DNA of 64,000 nt from Acidobacteriota bacterium (lineage in GTDB: Bacteria; Acidobacteriota; UBA6911; RPQK01; JAJDTT01). The notes under the pieces were generated by a model that saw nothing but the letters and a program-made list of their open reading frames with translations, had not been told where the DNA came from and made no database searches. The DNA is taken from contig OZ242374.1 in assembly GCA_965209055.1 (NCBI GenBank), forward strand, positions 5,824,001-5,888,000, read 5' to 3'. The position numbers and the translations under genes are program-made. This document shows, in pieces, positions 1 through 8,669 of this stretch. Within the stretch, counting starts at the first letter, position 1, and every line of letters starts with the position of its first letter.

Positions 1-258
1 GAGTTGGCGGGCGAGGCCGAGGAGAGCAGCGACATGGCCGTGGGGCAGGGCGCGGCGAATGGAGAGGGTGTCGTCCAGGGGGTGGAAGACTTGACCACCC
101 TTGAGCAGGGCGCGGATGCCGTCGACGATTTCCGGGGGGAGCTTGGAGAGGTTGGCGAGGGTGGTGCGGCGGATGCGTTTGCCCTCGCGTTTGGCGTGGC
201 GGAAGAGGATGGCAGGGGGGCTGTTGCGGTTGGGGATGACATCGACGTGGTAGGACAT
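1..258 (-). CDS. IS1634-family (DDE) transposase, N-terminal part; runs off the window start
   Basis: Not in the ORF track. Manual minus-strand translation from ATG at 258 gives MSYHVDVIPNRNSPPAILFRHAKREGKRIRRTTLANLSKLPPEIVDGIRALLKGG...RALPHGHVAALL, matching the PNRNSPPA / TLANLS / SLPHGHV pattern of IS1634-type transposases. Confidence 0.8.
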   Translation of the reverse strand, partial: MSYHVDVIPNRNSPPAILFRHAKREGKRIRRTTLANLSKLPPEIVDGIRALLKGGQVFHPLDDTLSIRRALPHGHVAALLGLARQL

Positions 259-381
259 GGGGAGGCGACCTCTTACATGGAAACAGTAATGAGCACTGAT
301 ATACAAATGATACAGGATAATACTGACAAACACACCGATCCCATACATGGAAACAAATATCCAGTTAGAGAGTGAGTCTAG
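1..381 (-). mobile_element. End of an IS1634-like insertion sequence
   Basis: AT-rich segment upstream of the transposase, with two copies of TACATGGAAACA (274-285, 344-355), ending near CTAG at 378-381. The exact end is inferred. Confidence 0.6.
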
Positions 382-430
382 CAAACCGTAACCGGCGCTA
401 TTTCAATGATTTGCTAGGGCTTGGGGGGCA

Positions 431-703
431 GTGAAGTTCCGCCGAATCAAGCCGATCAGAGACCTGAAAGCCCACGCATCCGAGGGGACCCGCACGCTCA
501 AGGACCAGTCCGACCCTCTGATCGTCACTCAGAACGGCGAAGCCAAGGCGGTTGTGCAAGACATCGACAGCTACGAGCGAATGCAGTCGAGCGTCGCCCT
601 GCTCAAGATGCTTGCGCTTGGCAACCGTCAGATTGAAGCTGGGCAGGTGCAGCCGGCCGAACGGGTCATTGCGCGGCTTCGGGAACGGCAACAGGCCGAT
701 TGA
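431..703 (+). CDS. Phd/YefM-family type II antitoxin
   Basis: 90 aa; IKPIRDLKAHASE...PLIVTQNGEAKAVVQDIDSYE is a typical Phd/YefM N-terminus. Confidence 0.85.
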   Translation: MKFRRIKPIRDLKAHASEGTRTLKDQSDPLIVTQNGEAKAVVQDIDSYERMQSSVALLKMLALGNRQIEAGQVQPAERVIARLRERQQAD

Positions 704-707
704 CGCC

Positions 708-932
708 ATGGCGCAGTTGACCGATGGCGCCGCAGACGACTTGGAAGGGATCGTCGACTTCTTCTCCGGTCAGGATACGCCAGGGAGAACGGAACATGTT
801 CTCAAACGGATCGGACAGGCCTTCCAATCGCTGTCCGCGTTCCCCGAACATGGGAGCTGCCCGAGGGAGTTGTTGGACCTCGGAGTTCGGGAGTACCGCC
901 AACTGCTCTACAACACGGGTTCCGCCGTTTGA
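708..932 (+). pseudogene. RelE/ParE-family toxin, C-terminally truncated
   Basis: LTDGAADDLEGIVDF...LSAFPEHGSCPRELLDLGVREYRQL directly follows the antitoxin. The usual 'YRIIYRV...DGRRD' C-terminal part is missing; only 74 aa. Confidence 0.7.
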
Positions 933-998
933 TGGCGCCTCACTGAAGGGGACGGCGGGGTGACGGCTTCGCGGGCCTGGTCGAAGCAAGAAAAAAAC

Positions 999-1024
999 GT
1001 CGGCACTTGCTTGTAGGTGCCGAC
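999..1024 (+). promoter_or_regulatory. Inverted repeat upstream of abiEi; putative autoregulatory operator
   Basis: GTCGGCAC-N10-GTGCCGAC perfect 8-bp arms. AbiEi proteins are known to bind promoter inverted repeats. Confidence 0.55.
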
Positions 1025-1042
1025 AGTTGTTACGTTTCATTT

Positions 1043-1645
1043 ATGCCTGAACTCACTGTGACCGCGCTCGAAGCAGCCGGCCTTGGAGCCTTCTTCCGGC
1101 CGCGAGACGTCGAAGCGCTCGGTGTCCCGTACCGTCGCCTCCGCGGACTCGTCGCGGCCGGCGCCGTTGAGAACCTCGGCGGCGGCCTTTACCGGCTGGC
1201 CGAGGTCGAGCCGACGGAGTTGGAAACGGTCGCCATGGTGGCGGCTGCGGTGCCGCACGCGATCGTCTGCCTGATGACCGCGCTACGAGTATACGAGATC
1301 GGAACCGAATCCCCTCACGAAGTCTGGATAGCGATCAACCGCAAGGCGCGCCGGCCCGCCCGAGTGCCGACGCAGGTTCGCGTGGTCTGGTTCTCGAAGG
1401 CGATGCTCACATACGGGGTCGTTAGCCGCCGGATGCTCGGCGTGCCTGTTGCCATCACATCGCCGGCCCGGACGGTCGTGGACTGCTTCCGGTACCGCAA
1501 CAAATTTGGCCTCGACACCGCTCTGGAAGCGCTCCGGGATGTCCTGCGCCAACGGCTCGCCACCGTGGATGAGATCATGCGTGCAGCCAGCGTCTGCCGG
1601 GCACGCACGGTCCTGCAGCCCTACATGGAAGCGGTTCTGTCGTGA
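1043..1645 (+). CDS. abiEi: Type IV TA antitoxin AbiEi (wHTH + CTD)
   Basis: GLYRL, AIVCLMTAL, ITSPARTVVDCFRYRNKFGLDTALEAL motifs; GTGA overlap with the next gene. Confidence 0.85.
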   Translation: MPELTVTALEAAGLGAFFRPRDVEALGVPYRRLRGLVAAGAVENLGGGLYRLAEVEPTELETVAMVAAAVPHAIVCLMTALRVYEIGTESPHEVWIAINRKARRPARVPTQVRVVWFSKAMLTYGVVSRRMLGVPVAITSPARTVVDCFRYRNKFGLDTALEALRDVLRQRLATVDEIMRAASVCRARTVLQPYMEAVLS

Positions 1646-2583
1646 GGACACGTCCACTCAAGAACGTCGCGGCGTCCGTCCGCGACCGGCTGCTCGCTCG
1701 CAGCCGCGAGACTGGCGAGGATTTTCAGTTTCTTCTCTGGAGATATGTGGTCGAACGATTCCTTTTCCGTCTCAGCCATTCGCCCTACCGTGATCACTTC
1801 GTTCTGAAGGGGGCCATGCTCTTCGCCGTCTGGAACGAGTCGCTCCACCGGCAGACCCGGGACATTGACTTCGCCGCCTATGGCGACTCGGAAACCGACG
1901 ACTTGGTGACGGCGTTGCAGCAAGTTTGCCGTACCGGCGTCGACGACGACGGCGTCGTCTTCCACGCCGACCAAATCAGCAGCAGCACAATCCGCGGCAC
2001 AACGGACCAGGGCGGCACCCGCTTCCGTTTCCCGGCGACCGTTGGCCGAGCCCGCATCACTGTGCAGGTGGACATCGGCGTCGGCGATTCGATTCAACCA
2101 CCGCCGGCGGATGCCGAATTCCCGACGCTGCTCGGCACCGCCAAGTACCGCGTTCGCGCGTACCCCAAGGAAGCGGTCGTATCCGAAAAGTTCCATGCCA
2201 CGGTCGTGCACGGTGCGCAGACGAGCCGGTACAAGGATTTCTTCGACCTGTACGAATTGGCCCGGTGCTTCCGCTTCGACGGCGTGCGACTCGTGCAGGC
2301 CCTTGCCGCGACTTTCCAAAACCGTAGTTCACCGACCGACGATGTACCGCTCTCTCTGACCAGGGGTTTCTATACAGACCTCGCGCGGGGCGACCGCTGG
2401 CGCGCCTATCTGACCAAGCGCGGCCGCCTGTCGGCTCCCATGGACTTCGGCGCTATCGGTGAACTCGTCATACTTTTCTTAGCACCGCCGTGGCGTGCCC
2501 TGGCACATGGAGACCGTTTCGTCGCCACGTGGCCTGGCGGCGGGCCGTGGCACTCAAAGATTCGGGCTCGGACGGGAAGTTAA
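1642..2583 (+). CDS. abiEii: Type IV TA toxin AbiEii/AbiGii nucleotidyltransferase
   Basis: NVAASVRDRLL, FVLKGAML, RQTRDIDF, EKFHA and SRYKDFFDL motifs. Confidence 0.88.
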   Translation: MRTRPLKNVAASVRDRLLARSRETGEDFQFLLWRYVVERFLFRLSHSPYRDHFVLKGAMLFAVWNESLHRQTRDIDFAAYGDSETDDLVTALQQVCRTGVDDDGVVFHADQISSSTIRGTTDQGGTRFRFPATVGRARITVQVDIGVGDSIQPPPADAEFPTLLGTAKYRVRAYPKEAVVSEKFHATVVHGAQTSRYKDFFDLYELARCFRFDGVRLVQALAATFQNRSSPTDDVPLSLTRGFYTDLARGDRWRAYLTKRGRLSAPMDFGAIGELVILFLAPPWRALAHGDRFVATWPGGGPWHSKIRARTGS

Positions 2584-2631
2584 GAGACCGTTACCGACGC
2601 AAACGAACGGATCACCAAGCGTCAACAACGC

Positions 2632-2703
2632 CGATTCCTTCCGTACCCGAAGTATAGGTATTCCGGCGTCGAGTGGGTGGGTGAAATCCCAGCGCACTGG
2701 GAG
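2632..2703 (+). pseudogene. hsdS: N-terminal fragment of type I R-M specificity subunit HsdS
   Basis: RFLPYPKYRYSGVEWVGEIPAHWE matches the HsdS 'YKDSGVEWLGEIPEHWE' leader motif. Confidence 0.75.
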
Positions 2704-3336
2704 TCTTTCGAGAATCCCGAGTACCTCTTCCTGGTGGTCGCCAACAAGTTCCAGACCGGCTTCGACCAGCCGCTGCTTCACACCATGTACGTGGACAAGA
2801 AGCTGGGCGGCGTGAACGCGGTCCAGACGCTGTCCCGCCTGAATCGGACCCACGCCGGCAAGCGGGGAACGATGGTGCTCGACTTCGCCAACGAAGCGGA
2901 GGAGATCAAGAAGGCCTTCGATCCTTACTACGAGACTACCCTCCTCTCGGAGGAGACCGATCCCAACCTCCTCTACGAGGTTCAGGGCAGGCTGCTCGAC
3001 TTCGGCGTATTTGCCGAAGCCGACGTCGAAACCTTCGCGCGAGCGTTTTTCGATCCGAAGGCGGGCCAGGACAAACTCTACGCGGCGCTGGAACCGGCGC
3101 GGCAGCGCTTCGCCGATCTGGTGCCGGACGAGGGACGCGAATTCCGCGGCCAGCTCACCGACTACGCGCGCCTCTACGCCTTCCTCTCCCAGGTGCTGAC
3201 GTTCGCCGACACCGACCTGGAGAAGCTCTACGTCTTCGCCCGGCACCTCCGGAAGCTGCTGTCGATCGCCCGGGAAGCGCTGCCTCTCGAGATCCGGGAC
3301 GCCATCGACATGGAGTCCTTACGGATTCGAAGGTAA
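2704..3336 (+). pseudogene. hsdR: Internal fragment of type I R-M restriction subunit HsdR (helicase C region)
   Basis: VANKFQTGFDQPLLHTMYVDKKL...AVQTLSRLNR...VLDF are HsdR motifs V/VI. The N-terminal nuclease and DEAD regions are absent. Confidence 0.8.
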
Positions 3337-3638
3337 TCGGCATCGCCCACGACCGTCTGGAAACCGACGACAAGTTCATGTTGCACCTGGCCCAGGTCGT
3401 GCGAAACGGACTCGGCGACCGCGTTGGCACCTGCATCGATCCCAAGACGCAGATTGTGGAGGGGAAGACCGTCTGTCTCGTGAGTTGCCAGCGAAGTCCA
3501 GAGGCAGTCAACCTACGGTGGAAGGGTCTGGAAAAAACCGCGAAGGGCGATCTCTACGTCCGGAGCGGCCCCGGCACGGTGCGGCTGAGCGAGAAGGATG
3601 CCGGGAAGTACGTCGCCACCCGGTTCGGCTCGGAGTGA
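3333..3638 (+). pseudogene. C-terminal fragment of an AlbA_2/Schlafen-like domain
   Basis: VIGIAHD...VCLVSCQRSPEAV...LYVRSGPGTVRL...YVATRF resembles the C-terminal half of AlbA_2 domains; no N-terminal half present. Confidence 0.55.
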
Positions 3639-3655
3639 GACTTGCCTGAAAAACA

Positions 3656-3721
3656 CCTGTGGAACTGCTGTCGGAATGCTGTCGAGAGGCTGTGGACCGG
3701 CTGTTGGAGAGTTGTGGATCA
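3656..3721. repeat. Six 11-bp-period degenerate repeats (gcTGTggann), DnaA-box-like
   Basis: cctgtggaact gctgtcggaat gctgtcgagag gctgtggaccg gctgttggaga gttgtggatca. Confidence 0.6.
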
Positions 3722-3805
3722 AGAGTCCGTCAACTCGATCCCACCGGAATCCCGGACGACCTGTCCGCCCCAATACTGACAGGGTAAGTCGTGTAGAATG
3801 TAACG

Positions 3806-6154
3806 GTGCCCCCTCGAAGAAGACCCGCCTCCCGCAAGAAACCGTCCCCCCGCCGGCGCCGCTTTCTGGTCTGGGCCACCTGCGCCGTCCTGATCATCGC
3901 CGCGGCGGTGACCGGAACCCTCACCGGCATGGTTCTGACCTGGGGATTCGAACTGCCACAGGTCTGGGAACTGCAGCAGACCAGCCCGGACGTCATCTCG
4001 GAGGTCTATTCGTCGGACGGCCGGATTCTGGGCATCTTCGCGAATGAGAAGAGGCAGGTCGTCACCTACGACAAGATTCCGGATACGGTGAAGAACTCGA
4101 TTCTGGCGGCCGAAGACTCGGACTTCTTCCAGCACGCCGGCATCGACTTCCGCCGGCTCATCTACACCGTATTCCGGAATATCGCCTACGGAGAACGAAA
4201 AGGCGCCTCCACCATCACCATGCAGTTGAGCAAACTGCTGCTGACCAGTCCCGAAGTGACGATCAAGCGCAAGATTCAGGACATGATCTTCGCCATCCAG
4301 ATCGAGCGCACCATGTCCAAGGAGCAGATCTTCACCCGCTACGTCAACCAGTTGTACCTGGGACACGGCAGACACGGGCTGGCGGCCGCCTCCGAGTTCT
4401 ACTTCCAGAAAACCATGGACGCGCTGGAGTGGCACGAAGCGGCCCTGCTGGTGGGACTGTTTCCGAACCCCGCCAAGTATTCTCCGATCAACCATCCCAA
4501 AGTGGCCGTCAAGCGGCGCAACTGGGTCCTGGAACGGGCCTACGAGGAAGGTTTCATCGATGCGGGGACTCTGCGAACCCAGATTCAGGAGCCCTTGGCC
4601 CTGAAGACATGGACCCGGCAACAGGCGTCGGCCCCCTATTTCGTGGAATGGGTGCGCCAGTATCTGGAGAAACGGTACCCGGGCGGAGAAATTCACAGGC
4701 GGGGCCTTAAGATCTACACCACGCTGGATTACGAGTTTCAAAATGCGGCCGAAAGGGCGCTTCGCGACGGATTGAAGGCCTTCGACAAGAAGCGGCCGAG
4801 ATGGCGCGGCGCCAAAGAGAACATCCTCGAGGCCGGCAAGAAGTTGGATGGGTACTGGCGTACCGACTGGAACACGATTTTCTCCCCCGGCCAAATGGTC
4901 CATGGCCTCGTTCTTCGGTCGGACCAGCGCTCTGCAGAAGTGAAGGTCGGCAGCTACCGGGCCACGGTTCGGCCCGGCCATGTGGAATGGACCGGCAAGA
5001 AGCGGCTGGACCGGGTCCTCAAGGCGGGTGACGTTTGTTCCTTCACCCTCGAAAGCATCAATCGTGAGAAACGGACCGTCGAAGTCATGCTGGACCGCAT
5101 TCCCGAGGTCCAAGGGGCGTTGATGGCCATCGAGAGCGAAACCGGCGCCATTCGAGCCATGGTCGGAGGATTCGACTTTCGATACAGCAAGTTCAATCGT
5201 GCCACCCAGGCGGAGAGACAACCCGGTTCCGTCTTCAAGCCCTTCACTTACGTGGCAGCGGTGGAAAGCGGCTACTCGCCGGAGGACACCGTGCTGGACA
5301 AGCCGGTGGAGTTTCTGGACGGTCTGGGGCGCCCCTACCGTCCGGTGAACGCGGACGAGAAATTCAAGGGCCTCATCCCCATCCGCCAGGCCCTGGCGGA
5401 ATCCCGAAACGTCCCCACCCTTCGTCTGGCCAACGCCATGGGGGTCGAGAGAATCGTCGACGTCGCGCACCGGTTCGGGATCCAACGGGATATCCCGCTC
5501 TATCTCCCCACCGCACTGGGGGCGGGCGAAGTCACTCTGGAGGAGATCACGTCCGCCTTCAGCGCCTTCCCCAACGGCGGAGTCCGGGTCCACCCCTATT
5601 ACATCGACCGGGTGGAGGACGCCAACGGTGTCCTTCTGGAGCGGCACGAGACCAGCGTGGACGAGGTCGTCAAAAGGGGGACCGCCGAAGCGTTGGTGGA
5701 TCTTTTGAGAAACGCAGTCCTGACGGGAACCGGCCGCAAGGCCCGGAGTTTGCCCATTCCGGTCGCCGGGAAGACGGGCACCACCAACGACTGTACCGAC
5801 AGTTGGTTCGTGGGATTCAGCAAGCTGCTCACCGCCGGCGTCTGGGTGGGGCACGACACCAAGGTATCGATGGGGGAAAGGGTCTACGGCAGCACTCTTG
5901 CCCTTCCCATCTGGATCGAATTCATGAAGGCCACCGTGGACAAGACGCCCCCGGGAAACTTCGGGACCGAGCTCTACGCCGCCCGCCGAGCCGCGTCAGT
6001 TCCTGCAACGGTGGAAGAGGCGGACCTGGTTGACGGGGGCTCCGATGATGCCGATTCCGGGGAAGGAGACTCAGGGGAGTCCGAGAAACCCAGGCCGAAT
6101 CCGAGACCGCTCCCGAACATCATCGAAGAGGACATTCCTGCGCCGTCCTTCTAA
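3806..6154 (+). CDS. mrcA: Class A penicillin-binding protein (PBP1A family)
   Basis: N-terminal TM helix; transglycosylase motifs EDxxFxxHxG, GASTITMQL, RKIQD; transpeptidase motifs SVFK, SRN, KTGT. Confidence 0.93.
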   Translation: MPPRRRPASRKKPSPRRRRFLVWATCAVLIIAAAVTGTLTGMVLTWGFELPQVWELQQTSPDVISEVYSSDGRILGIFANEKRQVVTYDKIPDTVKNSILAAEDSDFFQHAGIDFRRLIYTVFRNIAYGERKGASTITMQLSKLLLTSPEVTIKRKIQDMIFAIQIERTMSKEQIFTRYVNQLYLGHGRHGLAAASEFYFQKTMDALEWHEAALLVGLFPNPAKYSPINHPKVAVKRRNWVLERAYEEGFIDAGTLRTQIQEPLALKTWTRQQASAPYFVEWVRQYLEKRYPGGEIHRRGLKIYTTLDYEFQNAAERALRDGLKAFDKKRPRWRGAKENILEAGKKLDGYWRTDWNTIFSPGQMVHGLVLRSDQRSAEVKVGSYRATVRPGHVEWTGKKRLDRVLKAGDVCSFTLESINREKRTVEVMLDRIPEVQGALMAIESETGAIRAMVGGFDFRYSKFNRATQAERQPGSVFKPFTYVAAVESGYSPEDTVLDKPVEFLDGLGRPYRPVNADEKFKGLIPIRQALAESRNVPTLRLANAMGVERIVDVAHRFGIQRDIPLYLPTALGAGEVTLEEITSAFSAFPNGGVRVHPYYIDRVEDANGVLLERHETSVDEVVKRGTAEALVDLLRNAVLTGTGRKARSLPIPVAGKTGTTNDCTDSWFVGFSKLLTAGVWVGHDTKVSMGERVYGSTLALPIWIEFMKATVDKTPPGNFGTELYAARRAASVPATVEEADLVDGGSDDADSGEGDSGESEKPRPNPRPLPNIIEEDIPAPSF

Positions 6155-6162
6155 GAAAAACG

Positions 6163-6270
6163 GGGGGGCGATTTCCTATCTCCCGGTTTTCGTTGCCAAG
6201 TTTGTCAGTCAGGAGTTCGGCGATTGGAAATCGCCGCTCCAGTTCGGCGGTTAGGAAACCGCCGCTCCCC
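6163..6270. repeat. REP/BIME-like hairpin cluster (family A)
   Basis: gggcgatttcctatctccc; ggcgattggaaatcgccgctcc; ggcggttaggaaaccgccgctcc, located between convergent genes. Confidence 0.8.
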
Positions 6271-6313
6271 ATGATGAAGGGGGGACAAGAATTTCCCCTT
6301 CCGGGTCATTGCA

Positions 6314-7480
6314 TCATTCGGTGATCGTATCGGTCCACAATCGATCCAGAAACCGCTCCCACGGCAGGATCCAGATGCCGTCGGCGGTGCGCCGGGGAGC
6401 GGCCGCGTTGCAGACGACGACAGCCCGGCGGGGCCGGTGTTCGTCGATATACGCACGAATCGGGCGGAGGTCTCGGGGACCGGGATTAGCGCCACCCTTG
6501 ACCTCGATCGCAACCGCGCCCTCGCGTCCCAGGACGAAGTCGCATTCCAGTCCCGACTTGGTGCGCCAGAAGCGAATCGGATACTCCTGCTCGCGATAGG
6601 TGCGATAGGCCAGCAATTCCATCAGCACGAAATGCTCCAGGGCGCGTCCGAATCCCGGTCCTGAGGCGGATTCGACTCGGCGCCCGGTGAGGTGGCCGGC
6701 CACGCCGACATCGAAGAGGTAAAATTTCGGGGCTCGCACGATGACGGCGCGAGAACGGCGCCGCCGGAACGGCTCAACGAAAACGCCGAGCAGAGTGTCG
6801 ACGAGGATCTGAAAGTATTCCCGGACGGTCTTGGAGTCGACGCCGCAGTCTCTCGCTATGTTGCTGTAGTTCAGCAACTCTCCGTGGGAGAATGACAGCG
6901 CATCGAAAAACCTTGAGAACGCGGCAGTGTTCCGCGTCAACCCTTCGTCGAACACCTCCTCCTTCAGGTAGTCGTCCACGTATCCGGCGAGCAACCGCCG
7001 CGGATTCGGCGTGTCGTAGTGCTGCGGAATCAAGCCTCGGCGGAGCGCGCGCAGCAGTTCGAACCCGGGAATCTCGGGCCAAGCCAGGGGATGAAGCCCG
7101 AAACGCCAAGCCCGTCCTCCCAACAGGTTCGCCCGCCCGCGCTTCAGCTTCCTGGCACTGGACCCGCAGAGCACGAAGCTGAGACCGTCGTCCTCGATCA
7201 GGCGATGGACCTCGTCGAGCAGGGCCGGCACTTTCTGCACTTCATCGATGATGATAATCCTGGCGCGTGTCGCCTCATCCAGCGCCCTTATCCGTTCCGA
7301 GAGGATCCAAGGCGCCCGAGTGAACTCCAGCATCAGGCGGGTATCGAGCAGGTCGAATCGCGCGGAATGCGGGAATCGCCGACGCAGCAATGTCGACTTT
7401 CCAGTCTTGCGGGGGCCCCACAAGAACGCTGAGTGCCCGCGTGGCAGGTCGATGTTGAGGATTCGAGTGTAATGCGCCAA
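6314..7480 (-). CDS. AAA+ ATPase (AAA_14) with DUF4143 and a C-terminal PD-(D/E)XK-like motif
   Basis: GPRKTGKST Walker A; IIIDEVQ Walker B; LCGSSARKL; PKFYLFDVG; ECDFV...AIEVK. Confidence 0.88.
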   Translation of the reverse strand: MAHYTRILNIDLPRGHSAFLWGPRKTGKSTLLRRRFPHSARFDLLDTRLMLEFTRAPWILSERIRALDEATRARIIIIDEVQKVPALLDEVHRLIEDDGLSFVLCGSSARKLKRGRANLLGGRAWRFGLHPLAWPEIPGFELLRALRRGLIPQHYDTPNPRRLLAGYVDDYLKEEVFDEGLTRNTAAFSRFFDALSFSHGELLNYSNIARDCGVDSKTVREYFQILVDTLLGVFVEPFRRRRSRAVIVRAPKFYLFDVGVAGHLTGRRVESASGPGFGRALEHFVLMELLAYRTYREQEYPIRFWRTKSGLECDFVLGREGAVAIEVKGGANPGPRDLRPIRAYIDEHRPRRAVVVCNAAAPRRTADGIWILPWERFLDRLWTDTITE

Positions 7481-7501
7481 ATCGTAAGTAATTCCGAAAA
7501 G

Positions 7502-7539
7502 GTTAAACTAATTCGGAATATACTCCGAAATAGTTTAAC
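7502..7539. promoter_or_regulatory. 16-bp-arm AT-rich inverted repeat upstream of the AAA+/DUF4143 gene
   Basis: GTTAAACTAATTCGGA-atatac-TCCGAAATAGTTTAAC, with one mismatch between the arms. Confidence 0.65.
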
Positions 7540-7615
7540 AGTCCAGAGTGCTCCGCTTGGCTTCATTCCGGTTCCGGGCCGGTGATGAAGAGGGGACAAG
7601 AATGTCCGGTCCTCC

Positions 7616-8614
7616 TCAGTTGTTTCGATCCAGGACGAAGTCGGGCACCTGGAGAAGGGCGTCCCGGTAGATGGAATCGGGAAAGACCGCAAGCGCATCC
7701 CTGGCCTGCTGGGCGTAGGCTCGGGCCCGCAGCTTCAGTTCGTCCAAAGCTCCGTACTTCCAGACCAGACCCAGGATCTCCTGCTTGTTGGCATCGCTGA
7801 AATCGTGCTGAAGGATCACCTGCCGGACGAAGTCCTTTTCCGCCCGGCGGGCACGGCGAAGCATGAAGATGATGGGGAGCGTCATCTTTCCCTCTTCCAA
7901 GTCCTTGAGGACCGGCTTGCCCATGTCCTTCTGGGCGGAGGTGTAGTCGAGCTGGTCGTCCACCAGTTGGAAGGCCATCCCCAGGGACCGGCCGTAGAGG
8001 GCGAGACCCTCCTCCCGAGCCGGATCCATGTTGCCCAGAATCGCTCCCAGGCGGCCGCAACCGGAAAAAAGATACGCCGTCTTGTAGAGACTGATCCGCG
8101 ACTGCTGTGGCTCGGTGATGTCCATGCGCCCCTCCAGCTCAAGCTGCAGGAGCTCTCCCTCCACCATCTTGCGGGTGATGTCGATGAGGATGTCCAGGAT
8201 CCTCATCGACCGCTCCTTCATGGCGATCTGAAAAGAGGTCATGTAGAGCCAGTCGCCCATGAGGACCGTAATCTGATTTCCCCATTTGGCGTTGACCGAG
8301 GGCCGCCCGCGGCGGACGTCGCTGTTGTCGATGATGTCGTCGTGGACCAGCGTGGCGACGTGGATCAATTCCACCACCACACTCAGGCGATGCGCCGCCT
8401 CGGTACGGGCCCCGCACAGCTTGGAAGCCAGCAGCAGGACGGCCGGCCGGAGCCGCTTGCCGCCGCTCGTGTGCAGGTACCGGTTGATGTTGTTGACCAG
8501 GGGAATCGCGCTCTGGATCTCCGTATCGAGCCGGGTCTCCACCTCGGCCAAATCCGATTTCACCAGCAGGAAAATGTCTTTGAGAGTGAGCGGGCGGCTA
8601 GTCTGCACGTCCAT
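7616..8614 (-). CDS. ispB: Polyprenyl diphosphate synthase (IspB-like)
   Basis: GGKRLRP, HDDIIDNSDVRRG (FARM), YKT, FQLVDD, DLEEGKMTLP. Confidence 0.9.
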   Translation of the reverse strand: MDVQTSRPLTLKDIFLLVKSDLAEVETRLDTEIQSAIPLVNNINRYLHTSGGKRLRPAVLLLASKLCGARTEAAHRLSVVVELIHVATLVHDDIIDNSDVRRGRPSVNAKWGNQITVLMGDWLYMTSFQIAMKERSMRILDILIDITRKMVEGELLQLELEGRMDITEPQQSRISLYKTAYLFSGCGRLGAILGNMDPAREEGLALYGRSLGMAFQLVDDQLDYTSAQKDMGKPVLKDLEEGKMTLPIIFMLRRARRAEKDFVRQVILQHDFSDANKQEILGLVWKYGALDELKLRARAYAQQARDALAVFPDSIYRDALLQVPDFVLDRNN

Positions 8615-8669
8615 TCCTGGTCATACGGTCCCGGGAGCGCAAGGCAATCGGGGGAAAACTATACCAACG

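Noticed and set aside
4-375. 123-aa plus-strand ORF
   Set aside because: Antisense shadow of the minus-strand transposase.
2581-2583. Programmed read-through fusing AbiEii to the HsdS::HsdR chimera
   Set aside because: The frames coincide, but that has a one-in-three chance; AbiEii is already full-length and no recoding signal is visible.
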